This document shows, piece after piece, positions 56,141 to 64,000 of a DNA stretch of 64,000 bases. The notes beneath the pieces are model-generated. The model was not told the DNA's origin. It did not search any database and saw nothing but the letters and a program-made list of their open reading frames with translations. The DNA is from Octopus bimaculoides. Taxonomy: Eukaryota. A program made the translations under genes and the position numbers. Numbering within the stretch: position 1 is the stretch's first letter; every line of letters begins with the position of its first letter. The stretch covers positions 42,191,261-42,255,260 of the forward strand of contig NC_068988.1 of assembly GCF_001194135.2 (NCBI RefSeq). Direction: 5' to 3'.

Positions 56141-59049
56141 CACATTCACAGATTGACTGATGGAAAGTCAAACAGACAATCAAGTTTATCTAGAGGGCAT
56201 TCAAGAAAGAACAAAAAACGAAGGGATACAATTCAATCCTATATCTTATTTTATGAATTTCATCACCATTGTCACCAACACTATCAACATCATCAGCAGT
56301 GAGCCAATAAAGGGAACTGGACAGTCCTAGATGCATTGTGCCTGAAAAACGAGAGAGTGGTAGATATGAGTAATGAGTGATAGGGATGTAACAGATGAAT
56401 GGTGAGAAGGAAGTAACTGCTGTGCATACACACACACATATGTACATATTTCCATATCAGTTATAAAACATTCCAACCAGCTTTATGCCATAACCAGTGA
56501 TATGCTACTCAATGATATGAATATGTGTGTGTTTGTGTACATGTGTGTATTGTATTGTACCATTTTATCAGATCATAGTGAATCATGTTGCATTGTTGTA
56601 TTGCATTACATTGTTGTTCAACAACTGACAGCTGAAATCTCAAATATCATTCCTGTGGGAACAAAATTTTGATTGCAATTTTAATGTGAACATGAATAGT
56701 TTCATGTGGGTTGATATTAAAAGGATTGAAAGAATTGTTACAGAATGAAAATTTGGAAGTTTTCATATTGATTTTATTTCTTATGGCTTGAGTGGCGTGG
56801 AGTGTGATGACTCCACAAATCTGGCTTCTAAACTGTTTTACTACATGATAACTAAAGTGTCAGACTTGCCATCATGACTCAGTGCATTCTGGGACTCACT
56901 TCCTTCCAGTTTAGGTCAACGATTGTTGGCAAACAATGGGTTTTGAAACTGTGTTACAAGCTTCATTTGTTTGGTGCTTACCTCTTTTTGTATAGTATTC
57001 AGCTCTAGAATTGAACACCTTTTTCACATTATGTTCACTGACAAAATCTTATGGATATACAGACATAGACATAAACATATATACATGTGAATATGTATAC
57101 ACAGAAAATAAATTTTACAGTAAGTGATTACTTCAAATCTAAATCACTTTATCCACATCTGACATGTTTCTAAATGTGATTATAATCAATATATATTCAA
57201 CAGAATCAAAATAAATTTAAATTTATGATCAAAATATATTTATCAGCAAAATGTATAGTTATCATCAAATTTGATCTATCAACAGAAAGTATTATCATCA
57301 AATTGTACTTGTCATCCAAATATATTTATTACCAAAATGTATTTGTCGTGAAAATAAATTTATCATCAGCATATAGGGTGTTTGGGCTTAATTTTAAAGT
57401 TTGCATGAAAGATAGAAACATAATATCCTCTCCAAAAATAAAAATATTTTTAAAAATCAAAAACTATCATCAAAATTACAGCTGGGAGAAAATAGTTTAC
57501 TCAAAGTAGCCACTCTCAGCTTCTACCATGGCCTGCAGATGGCTCTGGAACTTGGTGCATGGTGTATGCATTCCTCTCTGTATCCCTGGGAAGATCTTTG
57601 AATACCTCCTTGATCTTGGCCTTGGTGTTCTAGGCAGAGTAGTTGGTGTCTTTTTCAAACTACACCCCACATATAGTAATCCATGGGATTACAATCGGAG
57701 GAATTAGGAGGCCAGAAACAGAGGCTGGTGAAGTTGTAAAAATTCTCCAACAACCACTTCTGACTCTTTCCAGCTGCCACTCATATGGCCTTCCAGCAAC
57801 AACTCTCTCCAGCCAGGATTTGACCACAGTCTCCAACAACTTCCCATAACCATCTAAATTGAACCTAAGGCCCTGTTTAAAGATATGCATCAGCTTGATG
57901 TAACCCTTACTGGAAATACACCCAAAGACCATCACAGTTCGAGGAACCTGGTTTTCATGATGTCCATGTCACATCTTACAACTTTTACAGTGTTCACAGC
58001 AGTTATGATGCTGGCATTTTCATACCCAGCGAGAATCATAATGATACAGATAACTCTTTTCTATTATTCAAATGGCTTCCAATCTTCCATATCAGCTAAC
58101 TTTTTCTCAACTACATCTTTAATCTTTATATTCTCCAACATGATTGACTGTTCAACAATACATCGATCTGTTCCTGAAAAAAAAAAACGACCAAAATTAA
58201 TCAAATTTAGTCCAAACATCCTGTATTTGGTGAATGACCTTTTCACCCTTTAACAATGCATTTTGCGTGATCAAAATATATTCTAAGTCAATCAGACTTA
58301 CAGTATAGTATGACAACAAGGTTGTGTGTTTCATCCATTGTTTGGCTACAGTGACTTATGAAAATTTGGGTGGGTAATAATCTCTTACTGTAAAGAAATT
58401 ATTCAGTAGTAGAGAAGGAGTTATACCCATGTATGAATGTACATACACACACATAATTATGTTGTATGGTATTATAGCATGAATAAATATGGTTATCGTT
58501 TAACTGCATGTCAGATCTAATGCAACAAACCTATGCACAAAAACATTCCATTTGTAATCTTCCCCTCCATTTCTTTCGAACATCTTGGATTACACTATTC
58601 AATATGTCATTCTCTTTTTTTAAAACTATAGGATGTGATATGAGAGAGGTTTGATTGTTTACTCTCGGAAGTTGAACTTTATGATTTAATTTATGACAGT
58701 AGTCATGACTAGTTAGGTATACCCATTGAGAGATCATCTATGTAGTCACTTAACCTACTAGAAATGACAGCCAGATTTCTCAAATCACATTTCATTTGCT
58801 TCAAAAATGGATGCATTATGGCTGAATCCTTTGGAATGGCCACAGCTGGAATGCATTTGATTATCACTCTGCTTCATCTCAAGAATGAGTCTAGGCTAAA
58901 CAGCAAAGCTAACAATAAATTTAACAGAAAATTATCCAAATATATATTTTCTTATCAATCATATTTAAAATAATTTAGAATAAGTTTCTTCCCAATTTAA
59001 TTCAAAATTTCAGTTCTGATATTTTATCACATTTCAATATATATTTATT

Positions 59050-59081
<32 letters not shown>

Positions 59082-59636
59082 GATATGCACTGAATGTTAA
59101 TCCTTCATCAAAAGCATAGAAAGAGTAAGAGAGAGTGGGGGGGGGGGCTTTTTTTTTTTCATTTTTCTGTTTTTTAATTACTTTTTTATTATTTTTCTTC
59201 ACAGAGTCCAACAGGAAACTTTGACTTCAGTTCGAAGGTATACAAAACACTACCAAGCAATCAATCGTTCCTAGATAAAGTCACCCTTGACAATACTCAG
59301 ACTTTCCATGGCTCCACAACACATGGACATTATTCAGAATTTCTTGACTATGAGCAGTTTGAGGCATCCCCTGGAGTGAGAGTAGCACGACCATTTTCTT
59401 TTGTTACTCCTCCTCCCAAGCACTTTCCCACTGAAATCCAACGCAGCCATAGCACTCGTGAAAGAACAAAAGATAAACATCGGAAATTTCGGCTAAAACC
59501 ACTTTTCCATAAACCAAAAGGTCGAGTTGTGGTGGGCAAGGAGAAAAAGTTTACTGTCACCTCTGTACCGGAAAGTCCCAAACATCCATCACATAAGGGG
59601 GAAGGAAGTTACCAAATGATCAGTGAGGAAGTGTAA
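9639..59636 (+). CDS. DUF389 (TIGR00341-like) multi-pass membrane protein, 17 coding exons, about 772 aa (whole gene span)
   Basis: Manually spliced exons join in frame, all with GT..AG. Family motifs KSRLVVAQVV, FTFDY, ASMLISPLMGPILAGTFG, WPTxEMKSRG, LVGVAISASLLPPAVNAG, LTLLNIVCIF and FWEHDI are recognised from memory as animal DUF389 proteins. Confidence 0.9.
11052..12040 (-). mobile_element. RTE-clade LINE 3' fragment
   Basis: (CAT)n-ttaacgtctgctttccatgc tail, 3 UTR repeat units, ORF remnant including SVLSPLLFIIV. Confidence 0.8.
13562..14513 (-). mobile_element. Non-autonomous Helitron-like element (spans an N-gap)
   Basis: Minus strand reads A|TC ... hairpin (CCCG-8nt-CGGG) ... CTAG|T: canonical 5' TC, subterminal hairpin, 3' CTAG and A|T insertion. 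Confidence 0.75.
13894..14280. other. Assembly gap. Others at 18114-18459, 25571-25697, 26527-26536, 36292-36646, 39036-39098, 45001-45092 and 60213-60309
   Basis: Runs of N. Confidence 1.
14718..15102. mobile_element. Non-autonomous hAT (Charlie-like) MITE
   Basis: Perfect 15-bp TIR CTGTGGTTCTCAACC / GGTTGAGAACCACAG; 8-bp TSD atctaggc / atctagac (7/8) with the NTCTAGAN-type target. Confidence 0.9.
16135..16990 (+). mobile_element. RTE-clade LINE fragments (ORF remnant and 3' tail)
   Basis: ttccattacctagg...catggcagtgaaacatggg remnant and 3' tail ending gatgatggt. Confidence 0.65.
17020..18044 (-). mobile_element. Internally deleted Tc1/mariner, maT (DD37D)-like transposon
   Basis: TA-flanked TIRs cacaggatgtcccaaaattaagg / ccttaatttcgggacaccttgtg. 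Minus-strand transposase remnants LKEGLRTHPYKM...VFTDGKKF and the WPxxSPDLNPLD-like WLSRSHNLNLLGFSVW. Confidence 0.85.
18899..19300 (+). mobile_element. Full-length tRNA-derived SINE (CORE-like domain)
   Basis: A box tggctgtgtgg, B box ggttcagtcc, core ggcatcttgggcaagt, internal (TA/TG)n and aaagag tail. Other copies at about 1160-1280 (-), 7310-7630 (+), 12200-12360 (-), 18605-18770 (-), 32260-32400 (-), 33898-34325 (+) and 61210-61470 (+). Confidence 0.8.
20830..21046 (-). mobile_element. Second copy of the tRNA-Thr-headed repeat (anticodon TGT)
   Basis: Perfect anticodon stem CGTCA/TGACG and TTCGA T loop; the downstream body aligns with 6910-7030. Confidence 0.6.
21747..21818 (+). CDS. 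exon 2 (MVKNILEEFSVKNDIWTDSDSYKQ)
   Basis: Acceptor ttttttgtttcag; weak donor CAA|GTTAAT; phases 0/0; joins to give YKQ-ITF. Confidence 0.75.
24228..24328 (+). CDS. exon 3 (ITFIDCGVPARIEDILKRLMAIGIGQKLKGSSI)
   Basis: Acceptor ctaattgcaacccag; donor AG|GTCAGT; phases 0/2; GIG motif. Confidence 0.85.
25252..25317 (+). CDS. exon 4 (S-VFPASMHVETFDQKNSEEKSN)
   Basis: Long pyrimidine tract with AAG acceptor; donor AA|GTATGT; phases 2/2; 66 nt. Confidence 0.8.
26160..26490 (-). mobile_element. R4/Dong-type 3' UTR fragment in a (TAT)n tract
   Basis: Sequence similarity to 45405-45560; (TAT)n on both sides. Confidence 0.6.
26583..26646 (+). CDS. exon 5 (INKENESKFKKSVKSRLVVAQ)
   Basis: Acceptor gtttgttgcag; donor CAG|GTCAGT; phases 2/0. 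Confidence 0.9.
30460..31990 (-). mobile_element. R4/Dong-clade non-LTR retrotransposon 3' fragment (RT thumb + RLE endonuclease), degenerate
   Basis: LDRKTRKLPTM...LYMKKENGGKGLISMEDC and WDF..TDQVLE...LDLVIVDK...IVDVAYP; 5' end abuts a (TAT)n tract. Confidence 0.75.
32059..32126 (+). CDS. exon 6 (VVDSVRAGAVFTFDYCMLIILA)
   Basis: Acceptor tctcttccag; donor AG|GTTAGT; phases 0/2. Confidence 0.9.
33370..33445 (+). CDS. exon 7 (S-MISVLGLVENSSVVLVASMLISPLM)
   Basis: Acceptor ttcttgcag; donor ATG|GTAAGT; phases 2/0. Confidence 0.92.
34890..35095 (-). mobile_element. tRNA-derived SINE, second family (conserved cctttcatcc..ggggtcgataaa..agtaccag domain)
   Basis: Recurs at about 1300-1410, 25950-26160, 30230-30330, 44520-44730, 46480-46870 (two tandem) and 59740-59935. 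The domain resembles the Nin/Deu domain from memory (tentative). Confidence 0.7.
35528..35633 (+). CDS. exon 8 (GPILAGTFGIVIQNYSLRNLGLRSESIGLALCIIC)
   Basis: Acceptor cttttgtcag; donor G|GTCAGT; phases 0/1. The ORF track shows a different frame here. Confidence 0.92.
35840..36170 (+). mobile_element. tRNA-derived SINE, third family
   Basis: Head plus gtgtccttgagcgagacattttacttcac plus gagaactacattaagggta. Related pieces at 1-250, 10344-10560 and 12975-13135 (-). Confidence 0.7.
36934..37024 (+). CDS. exon 9 (G-FIFGLIIGAIQLQGVTGYIDEWPTIEMKS)
   Basis: Acceptor ttcatctag; donor AG|GTAAGG; phases 1/2. Confidence 0.92.
37190..38510 (+). mobile_element. RTE-clade LINE 3' fragment
   Basis: Same family as 54095-55530 (FVCRRCTG, ttccattacctaggtgacc), ending in gatgatgat. 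Confidence 0.8.
41000..42740 (-). mobile_element. Degenerate RTE-like reverse transcriptase region
   Basis: Minus-strand remnants read LEKAF and xELLYADD; many stops. Confidence 0.6.
42883..43027 (+). CDS. exon 10 (R-GMSRSLWIGILIALPSGAGVSLSVLGGNSGPLVGVAISASLLPPAVNA), DUF389 core
   Basis: Long pyrimidine tract ending cactag; donor GCT|GTGAGT; phases 2/0. Confidence 0.95.
44740..45360 (-). mobile_element. R4/Dong-clade fragment with large internal deletion
   Basis: VSHLLYMDDLKLYVKN...KFGLEKCAK joined directly to the element's C-terminal and 3' end; flanked by (TAT)n on both sides. Confidence 0.8.
45405..46340 (-). mobile_element. R4/Dong-clade fragment plus 3' UTR, rearranged
   Basis: KEYYRRIRLTLKSEFNSKN...AINTLALPVVQYSF...YLPRNNGGRG; the 3' UTR matches the copy at 26160-26490. 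Confidence 0.8.
47597..47671 (+). CDS. exon 11 (GMLWSFALLSVISPPKTAPHDNTTA)
   Basis: Acceptor ctctctcttcag; donor GCT|GTAAGT; phases 0/0. Confidence 0.9.
47912..48016 (-). ncRNA. Type I hammerhead motif with extended stem II (partly degenerate)
   Basis: Minus strand TTTGCGG-CTGAAGA-T-AGCTTT...AAAGCT-T-GAAA-TTCATG-TA-CCGCGGA: 7-bp stem I, GUA triplet, U.U mismatch at the base of stem II. Confidence 0.6.
48632..48689 (+). ncRNA. Type I hammerhead ribozyme motif (intronic, sense strand)
   Basis: ACTCA-CTGAAGA-T-GAACT[15 nt]AGTTT-GAAA-TCAC-A-GTGA-T-A-TGGGT: stems I, II and III and all core boxes are present; AUA triplet. Confidence 0.7.
49626..49796 (+). CDS. exon 12 (VSVNDNTLACLPF...LTLLNIVCIFLVGVVMLK)
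   Basis: Acceptor tgtattttgaag; donor AAG|GTAAAT; phases 0/0. Confidence 0.9.
51376..51441 (+). CDS. exon 13 (IKEVVPLASTDETAEFWEHDIQ)
   Basis: Acceptor cttctctttgaag; donor CAA|GTAAGT; phases 0/0. Confidence 0.9.
52060..52125 (+). CDS. exon 14 (VARDSYKTVKGPESLSFITEYQ)
   Basis: Acceptor tttctttattacag; donor CAG|GTGAGG; phases 0/0. Confidence 0.88.
53027..53092 (+). CDS. exon 15 (KLLEKERNMDLNNLRHMNQLSR)
   Basis: Acceptor ttctctatttgcag; donor AGG|GTAATT; phases 0/0. Confidence 0.72.
54095..55530 (-). mobile_element. RTE-clade LINE 3' fragment with (GAT)n tail
   Basis: Cys-rich insert plus LEVVDSFCYLGD...RIRIA..MFRKLLPLL; 3' UTR tandem repeats; (CAT)n tail on the + strand. Confidence 0.85.
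55985..56032 (+). CDS. exon 16 (IYADDFYHPEFSPSPK)
   Basis: Acceptor tttctctgtttcag; donor AAG|GTAAAC; phases 0/0. Supported by splice signals only. Confidence 0.62.
57230..57368. repeat. Degenerate minisatellite, about 17-nt unit (aaaatatatttatcatc) x8
   Basis: Units of 16-19 nt read by eye. Confidence 0.6.
57374..58223 (-). mobile_element. Internally deleted Tc1/mariner, maT-like transposon (second family)
   Basis: TA-flanked TIRs tagggtgtttgggcttaattt / aaatttagtccaaacatcctg; remnant MMVFGCISSKG...HIFKQGLRFN...LETVVKSWLERVVAGRPYEWQ. Confidence 0.85.
59205..59636 (+). CDS. terminal exon 17 (SPTGNFDF...KFTVTSVPES...MISEEV*)
   Basis: Long pyrimidine tract ending cacag; 143-codon open frame in phase 0 to TAA; contains track ORF 59376..59636. 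Confidence 0.75.
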   Translation, partial: SPTGNFDFSSKVYKTLPSNQSFLDKVTLDNTQTFHGSTTHGHYSEFLDYEQFEASPGVRVARPFSFVTPPPKHFPTEIQRSHSTRERTKDKHRKFRLKPLFHKPKGRVVVGKEKKFTVTSVPESPKHPSHKGEGSYQMISEEV

Positions 59637-59993
59637 ATAGCATTGCTGAAGCAAGGGATGGCTATCGTGTGTGAATGCATCAATACTTGTGTGTGAATTT
59701 GTGGGAAGAATGTGTAAGGTTAGTCAGTAATATTGATTTCAAATTTAGGCACAAGGCCAGCAAGTTCAGGGAAGGATATAAGCCAATTACATCAGCCCCA
59801 GTGTTCAACTGGTACTTACTTTATAGAACCTGAAATGACGAAAGACAAAGTCAGCCTCTGCAAAATTTGAACTCAGAACATAAAGAGAGAGGAAATGCCT
59901 CTAAGCATTTCACTCAGTGTGCTAATGATTCTGACTTAATGTTAATTCGTAACATTAACACTGCTCTTATCTGCAAGCCTTGGTAAGGCAGGG

Positions 59994-59999
59994 AATAAA
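59994..59999 (+). other. Candidate polyadenylation signal AATAAA
   Basis: Canonical hexamer about 360 nt after the stop codon; unverified. Confidence 0.25.
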
Positions 60000-60309
60000 T
60001 ATTTGTGAAGGTATGTATATGTGTATGGATTATTGAACAGGATGTGTACAGTGAGTGATATACAGTCAGAAGGATGTGTAAATATGGATGTGTGTATGTG
60101 TGTGGCATTAATTAGTGTATTTCTAGTAGCTAGTATGTGCAGTGTGCACATGGCTACATATGTGGAAACAGTGTATATTTGTGTACATGTGTGTGTGTGT
60201 GTGGGGGGGGGGNNNNNNNNNNNNNNNNNNNNNNNNNNNNNNNNNNNNNNNNNNNNNNNNNNNNNNNNNNNNNNNNNNNNNNNNNNNNNNNNNNNNNNNN
60301 NNNNNNNNN

Positions 60310-60364
<55 letters not shown>

Positions 60365-62053
60365 TTTAGACAGATGTTTCCTTCATGTGGTTGTGTTTGA
60401 AACTGGTGACATAACGTATGTATTTAGCAATAAACAACATTCTGCATTTCTAACCCCCACCACCCACAAAAAATAACCGAGTATGCATGGTAGGTTTGAA
60501 AGCCAGACATCCCACTTTGCATCATTAGCTCCTTATTCATATCTGTGATTTCCTACTTGAGCAATGGCCCAGCCAGATATCAAAGATCCACTGGACTGAC
60601 ATACCCCCTGAGAAATTACATGGGGACTGAGCCCTCACTAATGACCCAACAACCCATTAAAAGTTTCAGGATATTTTCATTTTCACACACACACAACTAT
60701 AGTTCAAGAATTTTTTTCTTTTTTTTATAAGCGTAAAAACAGTGTATATTATCTGAAGAAAGAACTCATAAATATAGTCATATTATTAATACTGTTATTA
60801 ATATTATGAGGACTGCTAATCGTGAGGCAGTAATCCTAATGAGGTCAACTACTGAGGAAACTTTAAAGTGGTTGGCATTAAGAAGGGCATCCAGCTATAA
60901 AAACCATACCAAAGTAGACAGTAGAACATGATGCAGTCTTTGAACAGTTCAGGTTCTGTCAAAGCATCCAAGTCATGTCAGCATGGAAGATGGACATTAA
61001 ATGATGACAATATGTAAATTCATGCATACAACTCATGCATAGACTTATACACACACACACACACACACACACATGCACATATAAATACACACATTTAAAA
61101 ATCCATGGAACTTTATTGTCTCAAACAAAGGAGCCTTGTCTAGGAACGATCGATTGCTTGGTAAATTGGCAGACAATATATTTCTCATGGCAAACATACA
61201 TACACATACATGGTTGTGTGGTTAAGAAGCTGGCTTTACAACCACATGTATTTGGTTTCAGTCCCACTGTATGGCACTTTGGGCAAATGTCTTCTACTAT
61301 AGCCCCAGGCCAACCAATGCCTTGTGAGTGAATTTGGTAGATAAATAAATGGAACTTGTGTGGAAAGCCATCATATGCATGTGTGTGTCTTTGTGTTTGG
61401 TCCCACCACGACCACCACCACCACAACCACCATCACTTGACAACTGGTGTTGATTTGTTTACATCACTGTTAAGGAGACTGATGAAGTAAGAACTCAGTA
61501 GAATATCACCTGACAAAATGGTTGGTAAACACCTATATTATGCACATTAGTTGCCCCAGTTCTCTGAAGCTACTGGAATTACTTTTTAAATAAATAGATT
61601 GGCTTCTCTGGGATTAGTCAAGTGATGCGGATATCTTTGATGAGGATCCCCATAGGGGTCAACAATTGATTAAAGTTGTTCATCATTTTTTTAATCTATA
61701 GAGAAGTAGTTAACCCTTTAGCATTCAGATTATTCTGTCAGATGTAATGCTTTTACATTCACAATGTTTCTAATCAACCATCTATTATTTTGTAGCTTCA
61801 AAATTTTGATGATGTGATTGTATATTTTATATTAGCAGTGAAGGCAGGTGTGATAAGCTAGATTTGATTAGTAAGAATGTAAAACAGGCAACATGTTTTG
61901 GCCAGATATGGCCAGTTTAAATACTAAAGAATTAAATTTTCAGTGTTTGTATGTCTATTAAATAGGTTTACATGTAAGTATGTATATCTTATGTATGTGT
62001 ATGTGCATTGGTTTGGTGAAAACAAATGGTATAAATAGAACTCAAAACAAAAG

Positions 62054-62095
<42 letters not shown>

Positions 62096-63211
62096 ATTGT
62101 TTTTGTTTAGCAGAAGCTACAAAGTGACTCTAGGACTGACAGTTTTATTCAGGACACTTATCATATCAAATATGCACAAAACACTAAACACTTTAGTCAC
62201 ATTATAGCTTCTGCCTATTAAAAATACTATATTTATATTGCACACAAACACACACACACTCACACACACACACATGCAAGCACAACACATTCTACCCTTT
62301 TATACACCAAATTTTTTATTCACTGATGCAACTCAACCTACATATTTCTTGGTTAATTCTAGTTCATTTCTCATCAATGTTTACAAAAGTCATTAATATA
62401 TATATATATTATTGATCTCTGTTTATTGAAAGGTTAGGCTATTGTTTTTGGACAAAAAGGGAACACAACTTGACATAAGAATTTACACAAGTAGACATAA
62501 CCACAGATATACTCAAACATATACAATGGGCTTCAATACTAATAAGGCATTGGTAAATCCAGTGCAGGCAGTAGATGACACTTCTGCAATGTGCTGCACA
62601 ATAGAAGCAAATGCAGCACCAGGTAATTGTAAAGTAAACTTCTTAACCAGACTGCAATGCCTGCATATATAATACATTTGTAAATCGATTCAACATTGGA
62701 CTGCTCTGTTGTAATGACTGGTACAGGTTTACATAAATGCCCTGTACCCCATCACCTACTCATATTCAAATTCATAGTTTTCAGTTCATCATAATAAACT
62801 AACAACGAAATGTTGCTCGTGAATTGCGCTTCTCACATTTCAAGGATGTGGGAAATGCTAATAAAATAAAATTCCAAAATAAAACGAGTTTTTGTTTTTA
62901 TTCTTAAAAACCCTTTATTTCTGTTCTTCACAAAGAAATTCTCATTTTAGCTCTATTCCTTATTGATATTGATGTTTAATGCCAGGGTCAGCTTTGATCT
63001 AGCAGGCCATATATATATATATATATATATTAGTTTATGTATATATTAATATTATCTCAGTTTTTAAAAAAACCTTTGATAATGTAAATATGCTAATAGT
63101 TACCAGAGGTAGCAAAATTACACTAAAAAACAAGATATCACAGCCGTTTTACAGGTAGAGATAAGTTAAGGTGATACATTTTGAGAAGATATGAATAATA
63201 ATAATAAATAA

Positions 63212-63440
63212 AGCAAAACGCATATAAATAAAAGTTCCTTTAATTCCTACACATGTTTCAAAATATATGAGAGCTTCTTCACAAAGAAGTAAGAGCTGCT
63301 GGGATTCCTCAAATATTCCTCTTCAGGGAATTCATAATAAACATATAAGAGCAAGACAAATACTTCTTTGTGAAAGAGCTCTCATATATTTTGAAACATG
63401 TGTAGGAATTAAAGGAACTTTTATTTATATGCTTTTTGCT
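63212..63440. mobile_element. Foldback element with about 80-nt near-perfect arms
   Basis: 63212-63291 is the reverse complement of 63361-63440. Confidence 0.85.
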
Positions 63441-63473
63441 CCATTTATTATTATTATATATGTATATACATAT

Positions 63474-63738
63474 ATAAATAATACAGAATGGAATAAGGAC
63501 GCAAAACATCCAGACAGTTAGGTGATACAGAAAGGGACAAAACATACAGATAGACGATACAAAGAAAACACGGACAGGTCATTCACAGTTTTCTCTCTTC
63601 AGTCGAGATCCAGATTATCCTTGCAATTTCGGCTAGTTATTCTCGATATTGTATCGTCTATCTGTATGTTTTGTCCCTTTCTTGTATCACCTAACTGTCT
63701 GGATGTTTTGCGTCCTTATCCCATTCTGTATTATTTAT
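63474..63738. mobile_element. Foldback element with about 90-nt near-perfect arms
   Basis: 63474-63562 is the reverse complement of 63649-63738 (about 2 differences). Confidence 0.9.
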
Positions 63739-64000
63739 ACATATATATATATGGTGGCATACGTACAACTTGTCTCTTATATATATCATCATCATCATCG
63801 TTTAACGTCCGCTTTCCATGCTAGCATGGGTTGGACGATTTGACTGAGGACTGGTGAAACCGGATGGCGACACCAGGCTCCAGTCTGATTTGGCAGAGTT
63901 TCTACAGCTGGATGCCCTTCCTAATGCCAACCACTCAGAGAGTGTAGTGGGTGCTTTTACGTGTCACCCGCACGAAAACGGCCACGCTCGAAATGGTGTC

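Overview
AT-rich, microsatellite-dense animal genomic DNA with 8 N-gaps. The repeat complement (tRNA-derived SINEs, (GAT)n-tailed RTE 3' ends, maT mariners) looks like an octopus or other coleoid cephalopod genome; this is inference from recalled repeat families. One protein-coding gene spans most of the window on the + strand. It is a 17-exon DUF389/TIGR00341-type multi-pass membrane protein (CDS 9639..59636, 2319 nt, about 772 aa), which I assembled by hand with GT-AG splice sites and consistent phases at every junction. Introns and flanks hold SINEs, RTE and R4/Dong-type LINE fragments, two internally deleted maT (Tc1/mariner) elements, a hAT MITE, a non-autonomous Helitron, and Penelope-like terminal remnants. 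The most notable signals are: (i) several minimal hammerhead-ribozyme motifs, including one with an intact core in sense orientation in intron 11 and others lying between the arms of long foldback elements; (ii) a candidate gap-spanning cassette exon encoding an AKAP-like amphipathic helix; (iii) SPAK/OSR1-type docking motifs in both tails of an uncharacterised membrane protein; (iv) tandem reiteration of retroelement 5' ends; (v) a tRNA-Thr-headed repeat family. Most ORFs in the supplied track are microsatellite, gap or TE artefacts. Repeat boundaries are approximate unless terminal motifs are quoted.
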